A stretch of DNA of 62,978 nt, counting the filler, from Jimgerdemannia flammicorona (taxonomy: Eukaryota), in NCBI GenBank assembly GCA_003990765.1. It is 3 parts of 3 records of this genome, joined end to end, with 100 filler letters (N's around TTAATTAATTAA, not from the genome) between each part and the next. Parts side by side here need not be neighbours in the genome. Positions count along the whole stretch, not along the records: positions 42,059 to 62,978 come from RBNJ01001567.1; 2 more parts are not named here. The stretch is one strand, 5' to 3'. The notes under the pieces were generated by a model that had not been told where the DNA came from, did not search any database, and saw nothing but the letters and a program-made list of their open reading frames with translations. Numbering within the stretch: position 1 is the stretch's first letter; each line of letters opens with the position of its first letter. Below, piece after piece: positions 52,430 to 62,978 of this stretch. The position numbers and the translations under genes are program-made.

Positions 52430-54210
52430 ACTATATTATTAGTTATATTTAAGTTCCTCTTAGTCTCAAGTTTAATTACCTCTCTCTGCTGAGTATCCAG
52501 AGCCATCAATATCTCCTGATAATTCTCCTCATCCTATATCTCTATAGATGACTGATACTCCTTACACACTATCTGCTATTTTACCAATCTCTTTCTTGAA
52601 TCTCACAGATAAGCTATATATATATTTGTAATTTTCAATAGTACTACTTTTTTATTCTCATTAATTTTATACTCTTTTTTCTCTAGCAGAGTTGCTATTA
52701 AGTCATTCTGCAGCTTGTATACTATTCTTTCTTCTCTCAAAACAGATCTCTAATATATATATATATATCTCACTAATAACTTAAAAGTCAACTTCTCTCA
52801 ACTTATTAGTAGTAATATTTATCAGTATCTTCTATAGTCACCTCTTATTACTAATATTCTCCTCTCTTAGGTTTAATTCCTGCCTCTCTATCTTCTGACC
52901 CTCTTTGATATTTATTCTCACTGACTTATTCTAGTCTTTCTCTAGTATATCTTATAACTCATTTCCCCTCCTTACTATTAAAATCTCATATTAGATATGA
53001 GCCTTATTTATTATTACTTAATTCTCTAAATAAGTCAATTTAATCTAGATAAATTCAAATTGAATTTAGATTGAATCTCATCTGGATCAATTTGAATCAA
53101 CCATTGTTTTGATTTCTAAATTAGATAATTAAATATTTATATCAATAACTTAATAAATAATCATCCAATTTTAATAATCTTAATATTATTTAAAAGCTCT
53201 TAATAAGGTCTTTCTAATGATACTAAGAATATTAAAATCAGATTATACATTGTTAAGCTATTAAGGAAAACATTCTTTTAAAGAAATTTCCAAAATTGAT
53301 AAGTTGAATAATTTCCAAAATTAGTAAATCAGACATTTTCCTTGATAACTTAGCAATGTATGATCTGATTTCAATATTCTTAATATCATTAAAAAGGCCT
53401 TATTAAAGACTTTCAAATAGTACTAAGATTATCAAAATTGGATGATTATTTATTGAGGTATTAATATAAATATTTAATTATCTAATTTGGAAATTAAAAC
53501 AATGATTGATTTGAATCAATCCTGATGAGATTCAAATCTCATCTGAGTTGATCTAGATGAGATTTGAATCTGATTTAGATCAACTTGTTCAGAGTACTAC
53601 TATTATTATATCTTTTATTATTATATTATACTCTTGAGTCATACTTCTCTTTAGATCTCTCTCCTTTATTATCTCTATCTCTCCAGTCTAGATACTGGCT
53701 CTCAAACCAGCTATCTCAGCAATCTCTGCTGTTTTTGGATCTCTCTCCAAATCTACTAACAAATTCTTCTGCTACTATCTCTCTTTAGCTCTCTTTTATA
53801 CCTATAGTCTAATCTAGATACACTTTCTTACTATTAACAATCTCTACTATAGTCTTAGTCTCAAACTTCTTTTATACTAACTACTTCTTCTTTACTACTT
53901 CAGCCAGATTTTCTAATATCTCTAATAAATTCTTCTTCTTCTCTAATATCTTCTTTACTCTTGATATCTTATACTTTACTAATTCTCACTTTAGTACTAC
54001 TGATCAGTCTCTCTCTTTCTCTGTATTCTTCTTTCTCACTAGCCTCATCTAAATATCTACATCATCTGTCCTAAACTTCATACTCTCCCAAACCTAGAAT
54101 CTTATATCTACTATATGTATATCTATACTTTTTAATAGTATTGATAATTAACTTTCTAATCTCCTTTTTCTTCACTATAGAAATATTAGTTACTATCAGC
54201 TAAACTACTT
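52430..54210 (-). pseudogene. LINE ORF1 fragments split by a MITE
   Basis: 53820-54210 resembles 51050-51420; pyrimidine-rich decayed coding pattern. Confidence 0.6.
53019..53599. mobile_element. Complete foldback MITE with 8-bp TSD
   Basis: Both TIRs and arms; flanks TTATTACT and CTATTATT differ only by C/T, consistent with an 8-bp hAT TSD. Confidence 0.85.
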
Positions 54211-54214
54211 AAGA

Positions 54215-54500
54215 TAGTGCTCTAAATGAGCTGATCCAGATCAGATTTTAATCTCATCCAAATCAACTTAGATGAGATTCAAATCCTATTCAGATTGATT
54301 TAAATCAATTATTGTTTTAATTTCCAAATTAAATAATTAAATGTTTATATCAATAACTTGATGAATAATTATCCAATTTTGATGATCTTAATATCATTTG
54401 AAAGTTCTTAATAAGGCCTTTCTAATAATATCAAGAATATTGAAATTGGATTATATATTGCTGAGTTATTAAGGAAAATGTCTAACTTGCCAATTTTTGG
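54215..54500. mobile_element. Half foldback MITE
   Basis: TIR TAGTGCTCTAAATGAG and one arm, ending within the spacer. Confidence 0.82.
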
Positions 54501-55606
54501 CCATGCTTGGATAGCTTAGCAACACCAATTACAAACATAATATAGGCCGAGTACTGGCAAAGTCCCAGTTTCATCATAGAATTACACTGCCTCGCACCTT
54601 CCCTAAGAGCGACGTGGATTTTGTATTCATGATAATTTGCCATCACATAGTTGCTGCAAGTTCTCATTATTATATTCGACCCTTTCTAACTATGAACCAG
54701 TGAAGTCAAAAAAATAACGTATGAACGCGAGCACCCCCTTCTATGATTTGTCAGTGAAGAGAGAACACATATACAGTAGCAGGCTCTGGTGCATTGGAAA
54801 CGCGGTCGAAGGTTGGTCGGAAATGAGTTTCGAAGTTTCTACTTCCAAATGAGCCATTCGCTACATTTTATTGATGGGAGCGAATAAAGAGTGATGGAGG
54901 AACCAATCGGAAAGATGAAAGGTTAGAAAGGTAGAGAGATAAGCGTATGAGGATGGTTCAGATCGACCTTTCGGCAAACAAGGAATTTTATTCATTAATT
55001 TATCAAGCATGATAGACCAAAACAAAGCGGAACCTCGGAAACCTTGCTGGGCATTATGATACGACAGAGCCTTCAAGGCATTTATAAGACATGTTTCAAA
55101 ACGCTTCTATGGAGCCAAATATCCGTCTATCACGACCACCCGACGCCTTGCCAAGTTTGTATATACGCGGTCGTCTTCGTCCTTGTCGGGAGTGCGGATC
55201 CGTCTAGTAGCGCCACAGGCCTCACCGTACGCTTCATAAAAATCTTGCACTGTCGGCCGTTATTGTAGTCAACGTGTGTACACCGGCACCTTGTCTTGTG
55301 CATATTCTGTTTCGTTTGCGTTGGAGTATTTTCGAGGCTGAGGCATAGAGAAAATGGCTTCTTCACGTCAAGAAAACACTTAGAAACATTATCCAACCCC
55401 ACCGAAGATTCTACTTACTTGCAGCATTGCCGGCTACAACCATTCATTCCGTTGAAGATTCGCCTTAGCCGACTTGCAATATGATAGGCATCATTTGTCT
55501 ATTGACATCAGTCTGGTCGCATAGGTGACCTCCGTATCAGTCATCGTCGGCTCAGGGGGGAGGAGATTGCGGCATAAGGTTTCAACGGTGTCCTTTATCT
55601 TTCTTG

Positions 55607-56302
55607 AACAAAACTATGGGCCGCGGTTCAGACACCACACCGGATACGTTCAACAGTGTAACTACAGCGCCAACGCCTTTTCCCAAAAGAAGAGGTTCAC
55701 ACCTTAGGTGTCGAAGACCATTTACAGCATCCACGACTTAAGGTAAAGGCCTACCCTTGATGGGTACCGCGGTGCCCTCGCAACACCACACCGGATTAAT
55801 TCAACAGTGCAATCAGGGCATTGACGCTGTTGTCCAGAAGTTAATGCCTTAGCTGTTGCGAGCGTCTGCTACTGTAACTCGCACGTCCATGAATGATTAA
55901 GACTTAGGGTAGGCAGTCAGGGCGAAAGAAACGGACAGAAGAGAAAAATAAACAAAACTATGGGCCACGGTTCGGACACCACACCGGATACATTCAACAG
56001 TGTAACTACAGCATCAACACCTTTTCTCAAAAGAAAAAGGATGTTCACGCCTTAGGTGTCGAAGGCCATTACAGCTACATCGCGCGTCCACAACTTAAGG
56101 TAAAGGCCTGCCCTTGATGGGCTCGCAACACCACACCGGATTAATTCAACAGTGCAATCAGGGCGTTAACGCTGTTGTCCAGAAGTTAACGCTGTTGTCC
56201 AGAAGTTAACGCCTTAGCTGTTGCGAGTGTCTGCTACTATAACTCGCAACCGATCGCACGTCTACGACTTAGGGTCGGCAGTCGGCGCAGAAACAGACAG
56301 AA
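55607..56302. repeat. Tandem duplication of about 350 bp (55607-55950, 55951-56302) with internal sub-repeats
   Basis: AACAAAACTATGGGCC at both starts; CACCACACCGGAT..TTCAACAGTG occurs four times. Confidence 0.9.
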
Positions 56303-56487
56303 GGTCACACACGACTTCAAAACCTTCTTTCACGTCGCCACCGCTGCAACCTTCGGTTTCGCCTACTTGACCGGCCGCACTCGCCGTAGCATCTTCCCCA
56401 TTCTTCACCGCGAGGCAGCTTCTCGGCATCCGGAAAAAAAGTATTAGAGAGCAATCACTCCAGACGTCGAACCCGCCGCAATCCCCG

Positions 56488-56925
56488 TTGCCCAAACCCA
56501 TTATGGAAAGCATATGCGATCGTTTCCTCGGAGAAGTATATACCGGAGACTACGTTTTTCCGCCGAGTATAATGGGTATACACCAGCTCTTTGTCACGGT
56601 TGAGGCAAAGAACTGGCTTCCCGGCAACTTCGCCTTGTTCTGCAGAGAAAAGAGCGACACAACGATCGACAAGTGCAAAACGATGAACGCGTACTCTCGT
56701 TCGCTGAGCAGAATCATGAATGTCACAACCTTTCCTAGCAAGGTTCAAAACCTGGCAACAAACTTAGCCTCGCTCAATATAACAAGTCAACATATGTTAT
56801 TAATGACTCATTCACTCAAGGGCCTCTCGATCCGCAAATGTCATTTTTTACAGACGTTACATGGTGGTTGTAAGTATTCTATCATAAACTGTAAAGCAAA
56901 TGCTGTATATATATTTATTTATTGA
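56488..56925 (+). CDS. Possible exon or pseudogene fragment, unknown product
   Basis: Longest ORF in the CpG-intact island; frame stays open for roughly 40 codons upstream; no recognised motif. Confidence 0.25.
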   Translation: MPKPIMESICDRFLGEVYTGDYVFPPSIMGIHQLFVTVEAKNWLPGNFALFCREKSDTTIDKCKTMNAYSRSLSRIMNVTTFPSKVQNLATNLASLNITSQHMLLMTHSLKGLSIRKCHFLQTLHGGCKYSIINCKANAVYIFIY

Positions 56926-57673
56926 TATGTGTCTTTATTTGTTATATTATTCTAAAGTGGAGAGTCTGTATTCTGTCTATCAAATACTTTTCACATTCTG
57001 TATGCTTAAGAGTCAGTTCTTGGCTCTCTTCTCATCTATATAGTTTTTTAACTATTTGTTTTTGTAACTTATAGCTTACTTATAGTTTTTATAACTTGTG
57101 ATTTCTAGTTTTCAACTTATAGATTATAGCTATTGATTTTTATAGCTTTTGTAGCTCTTATAAAATAAAAAGTTATATTTATTTCTAGTTTAAACTATAT
57201 TATATTTTTTATTTTTATTAATAAATATTATTATTATTATTATTATTATTTAAATATAGAGAAAAAATCTCTTAATAGTAAGTTCAGTCAGATGAATAAT
57301 ATATTATAACTTGAGATCTAAAGTTAATAAATTATTAAATTTAAAATCAAAAATTCAGAATATAAGATTGAAATTTTAAAAATAAACTATTAAGATATAT
57401 ATCTTAATAACTATATAGAGTTTTTGAAATATATATATATCACTTATTAGATTATATATATTAAGTAAATAATATTTAATAAATTATAATTAATTAATTT
57501 TAAATTTAATATTAAAATATAAGATATAAATCTGGTTTATAGATCTTTCAGTAAGCAAAATCTATTATATAACTATAATGGAATGAATGAGTGATCATGT
57601 GATCTGACAAGTGATGACATTATCATATGATTGAGCATAACATATATTATAAATGATGAATAAACAAATGATG

Positions 57674-58886
57674 TGGACACCCCTTTCTCTGCTACCTTAT
57701 CAGTCACAAGGTTTGGTAGGTAACCTTCTAAGTCTCCTTTCTTCTATTATTATCCCCTCTATCTTGGGTTGGTTTGCTGTGCCTGCATGAGCATAGTGGG
57801 AGGAGGATATGGTGGGAGGAGGGCAATAGTGATGAGTTACCCCTTTATCGGTATCTGATTGGTGTCTTCTTCACTTTTTCGCAGTTTCTGGTATCTTTGG
57901 CTGTATCTGAAGTATATTTGTTTTAGTGCAGTATCTTCTTCCTTTTGCCATTACCAATAAAGTATTATCTCAGTGTGTCTTGGGCTATGTAGGGAGTCGG
58001 CTGACCTTGGGCATTAAGTGCTCAGTGTAGATTACCTGCAGGTTCTTGGTACCTGTGGTGGGGCTCTCTGACTTTGGTGAGCTTTCTGGCAAGCATAGTT
58101 CTGGTGTAGGTGGCTGCTTTTTGGGTGTTGTCAGGATGAGAGGGAAGATGGCCATCATAGATAAGAGGAAGGGCAATAATAGTGAACCAGTAGGGTGCCA
58201 GGCTGGGGGCAGTCATTGGGACTAGGGCAGGTGCTGCTTCAGTGGGACCTTTTGATTGGTGCAGCGTGGTTAGGTGGTAGGTGTTACTCTCGGCTTCTTT
58301 TGATAGGTTGGTAGATTAGGCCCCAGTCATCAGGAGAGGTTGGGGGGCCCGAGGCTACCTATTTCAGGTATCTTGGCTGTACTCAATTAGAACTGGGAGC
58401 TGATATGGCAATGTGATCAAGGCCCACAGGCTTGAGTAGTGGGGTATTGAGGATCTCCTCCTGCCTTATGTGTAAGTTCTTTACTCACCTTGGCTGAAAG
58501 AACCAGGCCCTACCTATCATATTGTACTTTGATGAGAGTTTTTCTTTGCCTATCATTCTCTTTGGGGTGGTAGGAGCTATTCTATTCAGCTCAGGCATGG
58601 CCTTGTACATATATTGGGTTCTCAGGCATACGCTTTTGGTTGTTGGCATATGGTTGGATTTCCCCTGGTAGTAGAGAGAACATGGTGTGCAGAATGAAGT
58701 ATGGGCCAACATAGGCCCTACTGCATCTGGCATAGTCAAGCTGCTGGACAATAGCTAGCCTAGATTAATGGGGGGGCAGTGCTTGGTGGGTGGTAGGGGA
58801 GGGTTTTGGCCTATATAGTCTAGGTTCCCTTTCAATAAAAATCCATGGGACATGAGTCTATTAAAAAAAAAAAAAAAAAAAAAAAG
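57674..58886 (+). mobile_element. 1.2-kb poly(A) retroposon, copy 3
   Basis: Poly(A) tail; 11-bp TSD AACAAATGATG. Confidence 0.93.
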
Positions 58887-59889
58887 AACAAATGATGGCA
58901 AAAAATAATATCCAGTTTATCCCTGACAATCAGCACTGCAAAAACTACTGCCACAGTAGCTAATTATTGCCTAGTAATTGAGGTCCTAATTACAAAGTTG
59001 TTTTTGCCAAAAACTATCTGATAAAGGTCACAATTACAAATCTCATTATAGTTATCAAATTAGTCACTCATACTTAGTCAGAAATTACATATCAACTTGT
59101 ATAAATACCCCCCAGTTTCTATCCGAAATAAAGTAGTTTTAGTTCAGTCCTTGATATAAGAATTAAGTCTCCCCACACATACATATTTCCCTGAGTCTTA
59201 GTAATGATACCTAAGTAACTCTAGTATTTCTGACTAAACTTCAGAAGCCTAGCTAACTTCTACCAAAACTGAGACCAGTATATAAATTCCCAAAGACTTA
59301 AGTAAACTCCAATTGAACCTGAATTTCAAAGCAAATTCAGTCTGTGCACAGCAAAGAACAAGACCTTTGAAAGATAAGGCACTGCTGTTATAACTACTTT
59401 TAAGCAAGTACTTCCTCAAACTGAAGGCTTCTTAGTATATATTATATACTAAGTCTCTAAGTAATAGTCTTACTTCTCTAAGTATTCAAAGGATCAGAGA
59501 GGGGTAGAAGTGAGAGTTATTACAACTTAGTAGTAGCAGATTATTAGCCAAGAAGGTATCAAGAACATATTCCTAAGAAGTTGGAATAAGACTAATCTTG
59601 GACAGGAGTAATCCTCAGGACTAATTGTGAATCTCCAAACCAGAGCTAGAGAAGCCCTTGCCATTAGGACTAGGTGATACCAGAAAACTACAGATCCAAG
59701 AACTTACTAGCTTATAATTGACCAGGCTTATAAGAATCTATACTAGGTTTTTAGAACTTACTACCCAGGACTTAGAAATATTGTCAGCTGCTATAAGCTC
59801 TACAAACTCCTCTAAGACTATATTGAAATCACCAAGACCCCAGAATCTACTACTGTAACCATTCAGGATTTTCTAGATTATATCTCACC

Positions 59890-60241
59890 TTTTTTTTTTC
59901 TTTTATGGTTACTTAGACTCTACCATTTATTATCAATCTATACATAATTATACAGCATCTCCTCCCCTATCCAATTTCCATAGGGGAGCTCCTCTCTGCA
60001 ACATTCTAAATAAAGGCCACCTTCTCACCCACTACCCCTACTCTTCCTCTACTCTGCCTACAAATCTTCTCTATTAAGCAGTACCTTCAACCACTCTGCA
60101 GCCCTCAATTAAGCCACCAGCCTGTCAAGGTATCTTCCATAAGGCCATACCACTGCAGTAACTAGTCCCCTAAACCAAGTCTCTTCCTATCTTCAAAAAC
60201 AAATAGCCAGTGACTGGCCAACTCTATCCAAATTACCAAAA
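59890..60241 (-). mobile_element. 5'-truncated LINE insertion
   Basis: Poly(T) left end; 60008-60241 matches 42075-42310; imperfect flanking duplication CTAGATTATA..TCTCACC. Confidence 0.85.
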
Positions 60242-61834
60242 CTAGATTATATGTATCTCACCCTCTGCTGTAAGAGAAGTAGCTATCAAGTAGATAGATA
60301 TATACTATTACACTCTCACCAAGACCTCACTCTACTATAGACTAGTTGTATACTATGCCTCTACTATAATAAGATACCAAAGTAAGTAAGCAGGCTATCT
60401 ATCTTCTATTACTAAATAAGAAGTAGGCCCATCTACCTAGCTAGAACCTAATATCTTCTTTGAAATATCTAGTTAGTATAAGGATGCACTATCTAATCAG
60501 AAAAGAGAGTCAGATCAAGACTCTATAGGATATTAGTCTGATAATAGCCAACTAGGAATAGTAGGCCTAGAAATTTACTAAGAAACCACAGGTCAAGAAG
60601 ATCAGACCCTAGAACCAATCCAGCCACCTATATAGAGGTTTGGTTTATCCTCTCTCACAGAACTCTTTGATCTGATATCTGAGAATCAAGTAACCCCAAG
60701 TCATATAACACTACAATCTCATCAGGCAGAACAATCTTTAGGAGAATTCACTCCTACAAGCCCACCATCAATAGTCAATACAATAGTAGATATCAATATT
60801 GCAGCACTGACTACCCAGCTAGCTATACTAGCAGAGATAGTAGGACAAATTGCTAAACAGAACAAGCCAACCAAGATCTTGTAAATTTCAATATTCAGTG
60901 GAAAAAACAGTGACATCAAAACCTTCATCAATATAGTTGATATAGGTTACTGAGTAAACCAATGGAATGACAACTAAGTGCCAAGAAGAATGCTTACCAA
61001 CAACCAGAATAGCACTCTTTAACAGTTGTTTGCTATATCAGTGGCACAAGTGGAAACAGTAGCTACATTCTTTATAGGAACAGCAGCTGAATTCTAGTAT
61101 ATCTTGGAACAGCACTCAGTAATCTGGGAAGACTGCTCTCAAGTTGCAGACCAAGCACCCGCCAATAATAGACTAGGTTAGAATGACTATGAAGCAGACT
61201 CAGGACTCAAGGCCTTATTATTGAGCAAATTCTGAAATGCAGTCTATATATAAGAAACCTGGAACAAACTAGCACAAATGAAGTTCCACAAGAATAATAA
61301 AGAGAATCTAGAGACCTTTACTATCAGAATGGATACCCATCTCAAAACTGTTGGACTTATCTATCAGAAAAACAATTTGGTCATCAATGGTACCAGAGCC
61401 AACCATCTCTTTGCAGCCCTACCAGACTGACTCATCTAGAAGATTAAGGAATAAGGCCTTCCTCAAGAATGTCTTCACTACTCATAGTACTTTACCTAAG
61501 TATAAAGAAGAGCCCACAAAATCCTTACTATACAGGCTCTACAAAATTCAGAATACAAAAAGAATAACCAAGATAGAAGAAATCTCACTAGAAGGAATGA
61601 TCAAAGAAATGACCAGAAAAATGATCAAAAGAATCAGTGAAATCTCAGAGAACCAAGACTTCCTACTGAAGATAAAAAGAAGTAGCTTCATGAAAAAGGA
61701 TTGTACTTCATCTGTAGAAAGGCAGAACATATCTCATTCAAATATCCTGAGAAGAGAAACAGATTAGGTGAACCCAGTAATAAGAACATTACTATCATTG
61801 GAGAAGGTCTAGAGAAGAAGAACTCTGAGAATAT

Positions 61835-62250
61835 TATCAAAATACAGAAGATATGATATAAGACTATCATCCTCACTAAGATCCACCCCACTGATACAGA
61901 GTATGACCTCTATAGTAGCCAAGACCTCACCATACTACTAAGTACCAATACTATAGTGTAAATAGGAATTATAATATAAGCTCTCAAAGATACATACATC
62001 TGCCTTGCTAAGTAAAGTAGCCTAGCTAAAGAATTCAACATTGGGCTAGAAGGAGGAGTAGTTGATCAAGGATTTACTAATAAAATCTGTGTCATCTTCC
62101 AAAATTTTGGAGATATATCATTTGAAGTCAAAATAGACCAAAGGATTGCCCAAGTAATTATTGAAGAAATCTGTTAAGATCTCACTATTGAAGAAGTCCC
62201 TGAGCTCTCCCCAATAGACTATGGCAAGAAAGGGTTTGGATCAACCAATA
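61835..62250 (+). pseudogene. dUTPase domain of family C
   Basis: EYDLYS, SSLA, EGGVVDQGFT, QRIAQ, GKKGFGST. Confidence 0.88.
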
Positions 62251-62978
62251 AACCCCCTAGTCAAAAGGTCACCACTATAAAGAAAGATAATGAAAACTAG
62301 TACAAGAGAATTACAGACAGTTATGTATCATATGGATGATGCCATTATTCTATTTGAATATACTATATAGAACATGTTGGTAAATATCATATATGCCTCT
62401 CCAAAGTTTTCAAAATTCAATCTGAGAAGTGCCAAGCCCAACTGGCTGAGAAGTCTAAACAAGACAACCCTCCTTATGAAGGATGAGGAGAAACTGACTT
62501 TGAGGAGACTGACAACAATTGGAACAATAATGAAGATAAAGAGCTCAACACTATTAAAAAGGAGGACAGTTGTATCAAGTTCATAGGCCAAGTCTACAGA
62601 TAGAATATCAATGTCTTGCTTGATAGTAATGTTATAGAAAACTATATCAGCACTAAGACTGCTAAGAGAATTAGAGCCTGAAGCAGACTAGCTATCAAGA
62701 AAAGGAGTGTTATCTTTGGTAATGGCAAGACTATATCATTGATCAAGATCTGCGAAGATCTTTTACTCAAGATTGACAAATATTAAGAGAAGTTGGACTT
62801 CAGTATTGTAGATCTCTCAGGACAGAATATTATCTTAGGAAAAGCCTAATTGACCCAGTATAACCCAGATATCAACTGGAGGACTAATGAGGTTAATCTG
62901 ATCCATAAAGACAGAAAGATCACCCTGACATCCTAGGAAAGTACCAACTATCAAGGAATCAAAATCATCTCTTTTTTT

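Larger units (their letters stand above)
57574..62978 (+). mobile_element. Ty3/Gypsy family C, 5' part (LTR to 59524, gag, dUTPase, protease), degenerate
   Basis: LTR end TTATTACA plus decayed PBS TAGTAGTAGCAG; knuckle YFICRKAEHISFKY; protease LLDS and NIILG..L..YNPDINW; LTR start tentative. Confidence 0.82.

Noticed and set aside
56930..57570. AT-rich origin or centromere core
   Set aside because: Indistinguishable from extremely decayed repeat; no independent evidence
58485..58751. Conserved ORF in the 1.2-kb retroposon (also 3990..4232)
   Set aside because: Short, non-ATG start, antisense to the poly(A) strand; similarity follows from DNA homology
57674..58886. Hammerhead ribozyme or tRNA head in the retroposon
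   Set aside because: No CTGANGA/GAAA core or clear A/B boxes found by eye; decay could hide them

Overview
Eukaryotic, probably fungal (inference), repeat-dense DNA made almost entirely of nested transposable elements. Most copies carry heavy C>T/G>A decay (CpG and CpA lost, TpA gained). Contents: three Ty3/Gypsy families (A: pol fragment plus four copies of a ~1.5-kb LTR; B: one complete 10.7-kb element at 26602-37286; C: 5' half at the window end), two non-autonomous LTR elements, two Ty1/copia RT-RNase H remnants, two hAT transposase remnants, a foldback hAT-type MITE family, a same-strand cluster of L1/Tx1-like LINEs, three full-length copies of a 1.2-kb poly(A) retroposon, minisatellites, two artificial scaffold gaps and one CpG-intact island (54500-56930). 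No host gene, RNA gene or CRISPR array is confidently supported. Most notable: the family A LTR carries a 277-aa ORF inside U3 (intact at 19849-20682), apparently homologous to an extra ORF downstream of integrase in family B. These Gypsy elements also show virus-like organisation: dUTPase at two different positions, a -1 slippery site after protease/dUTPase, integrase in a separate frame, 4-bp target duplications and a poly(A) signal directly behind the TATA box. All alignments were made by eye; boundaries of decayed elements are approximate.
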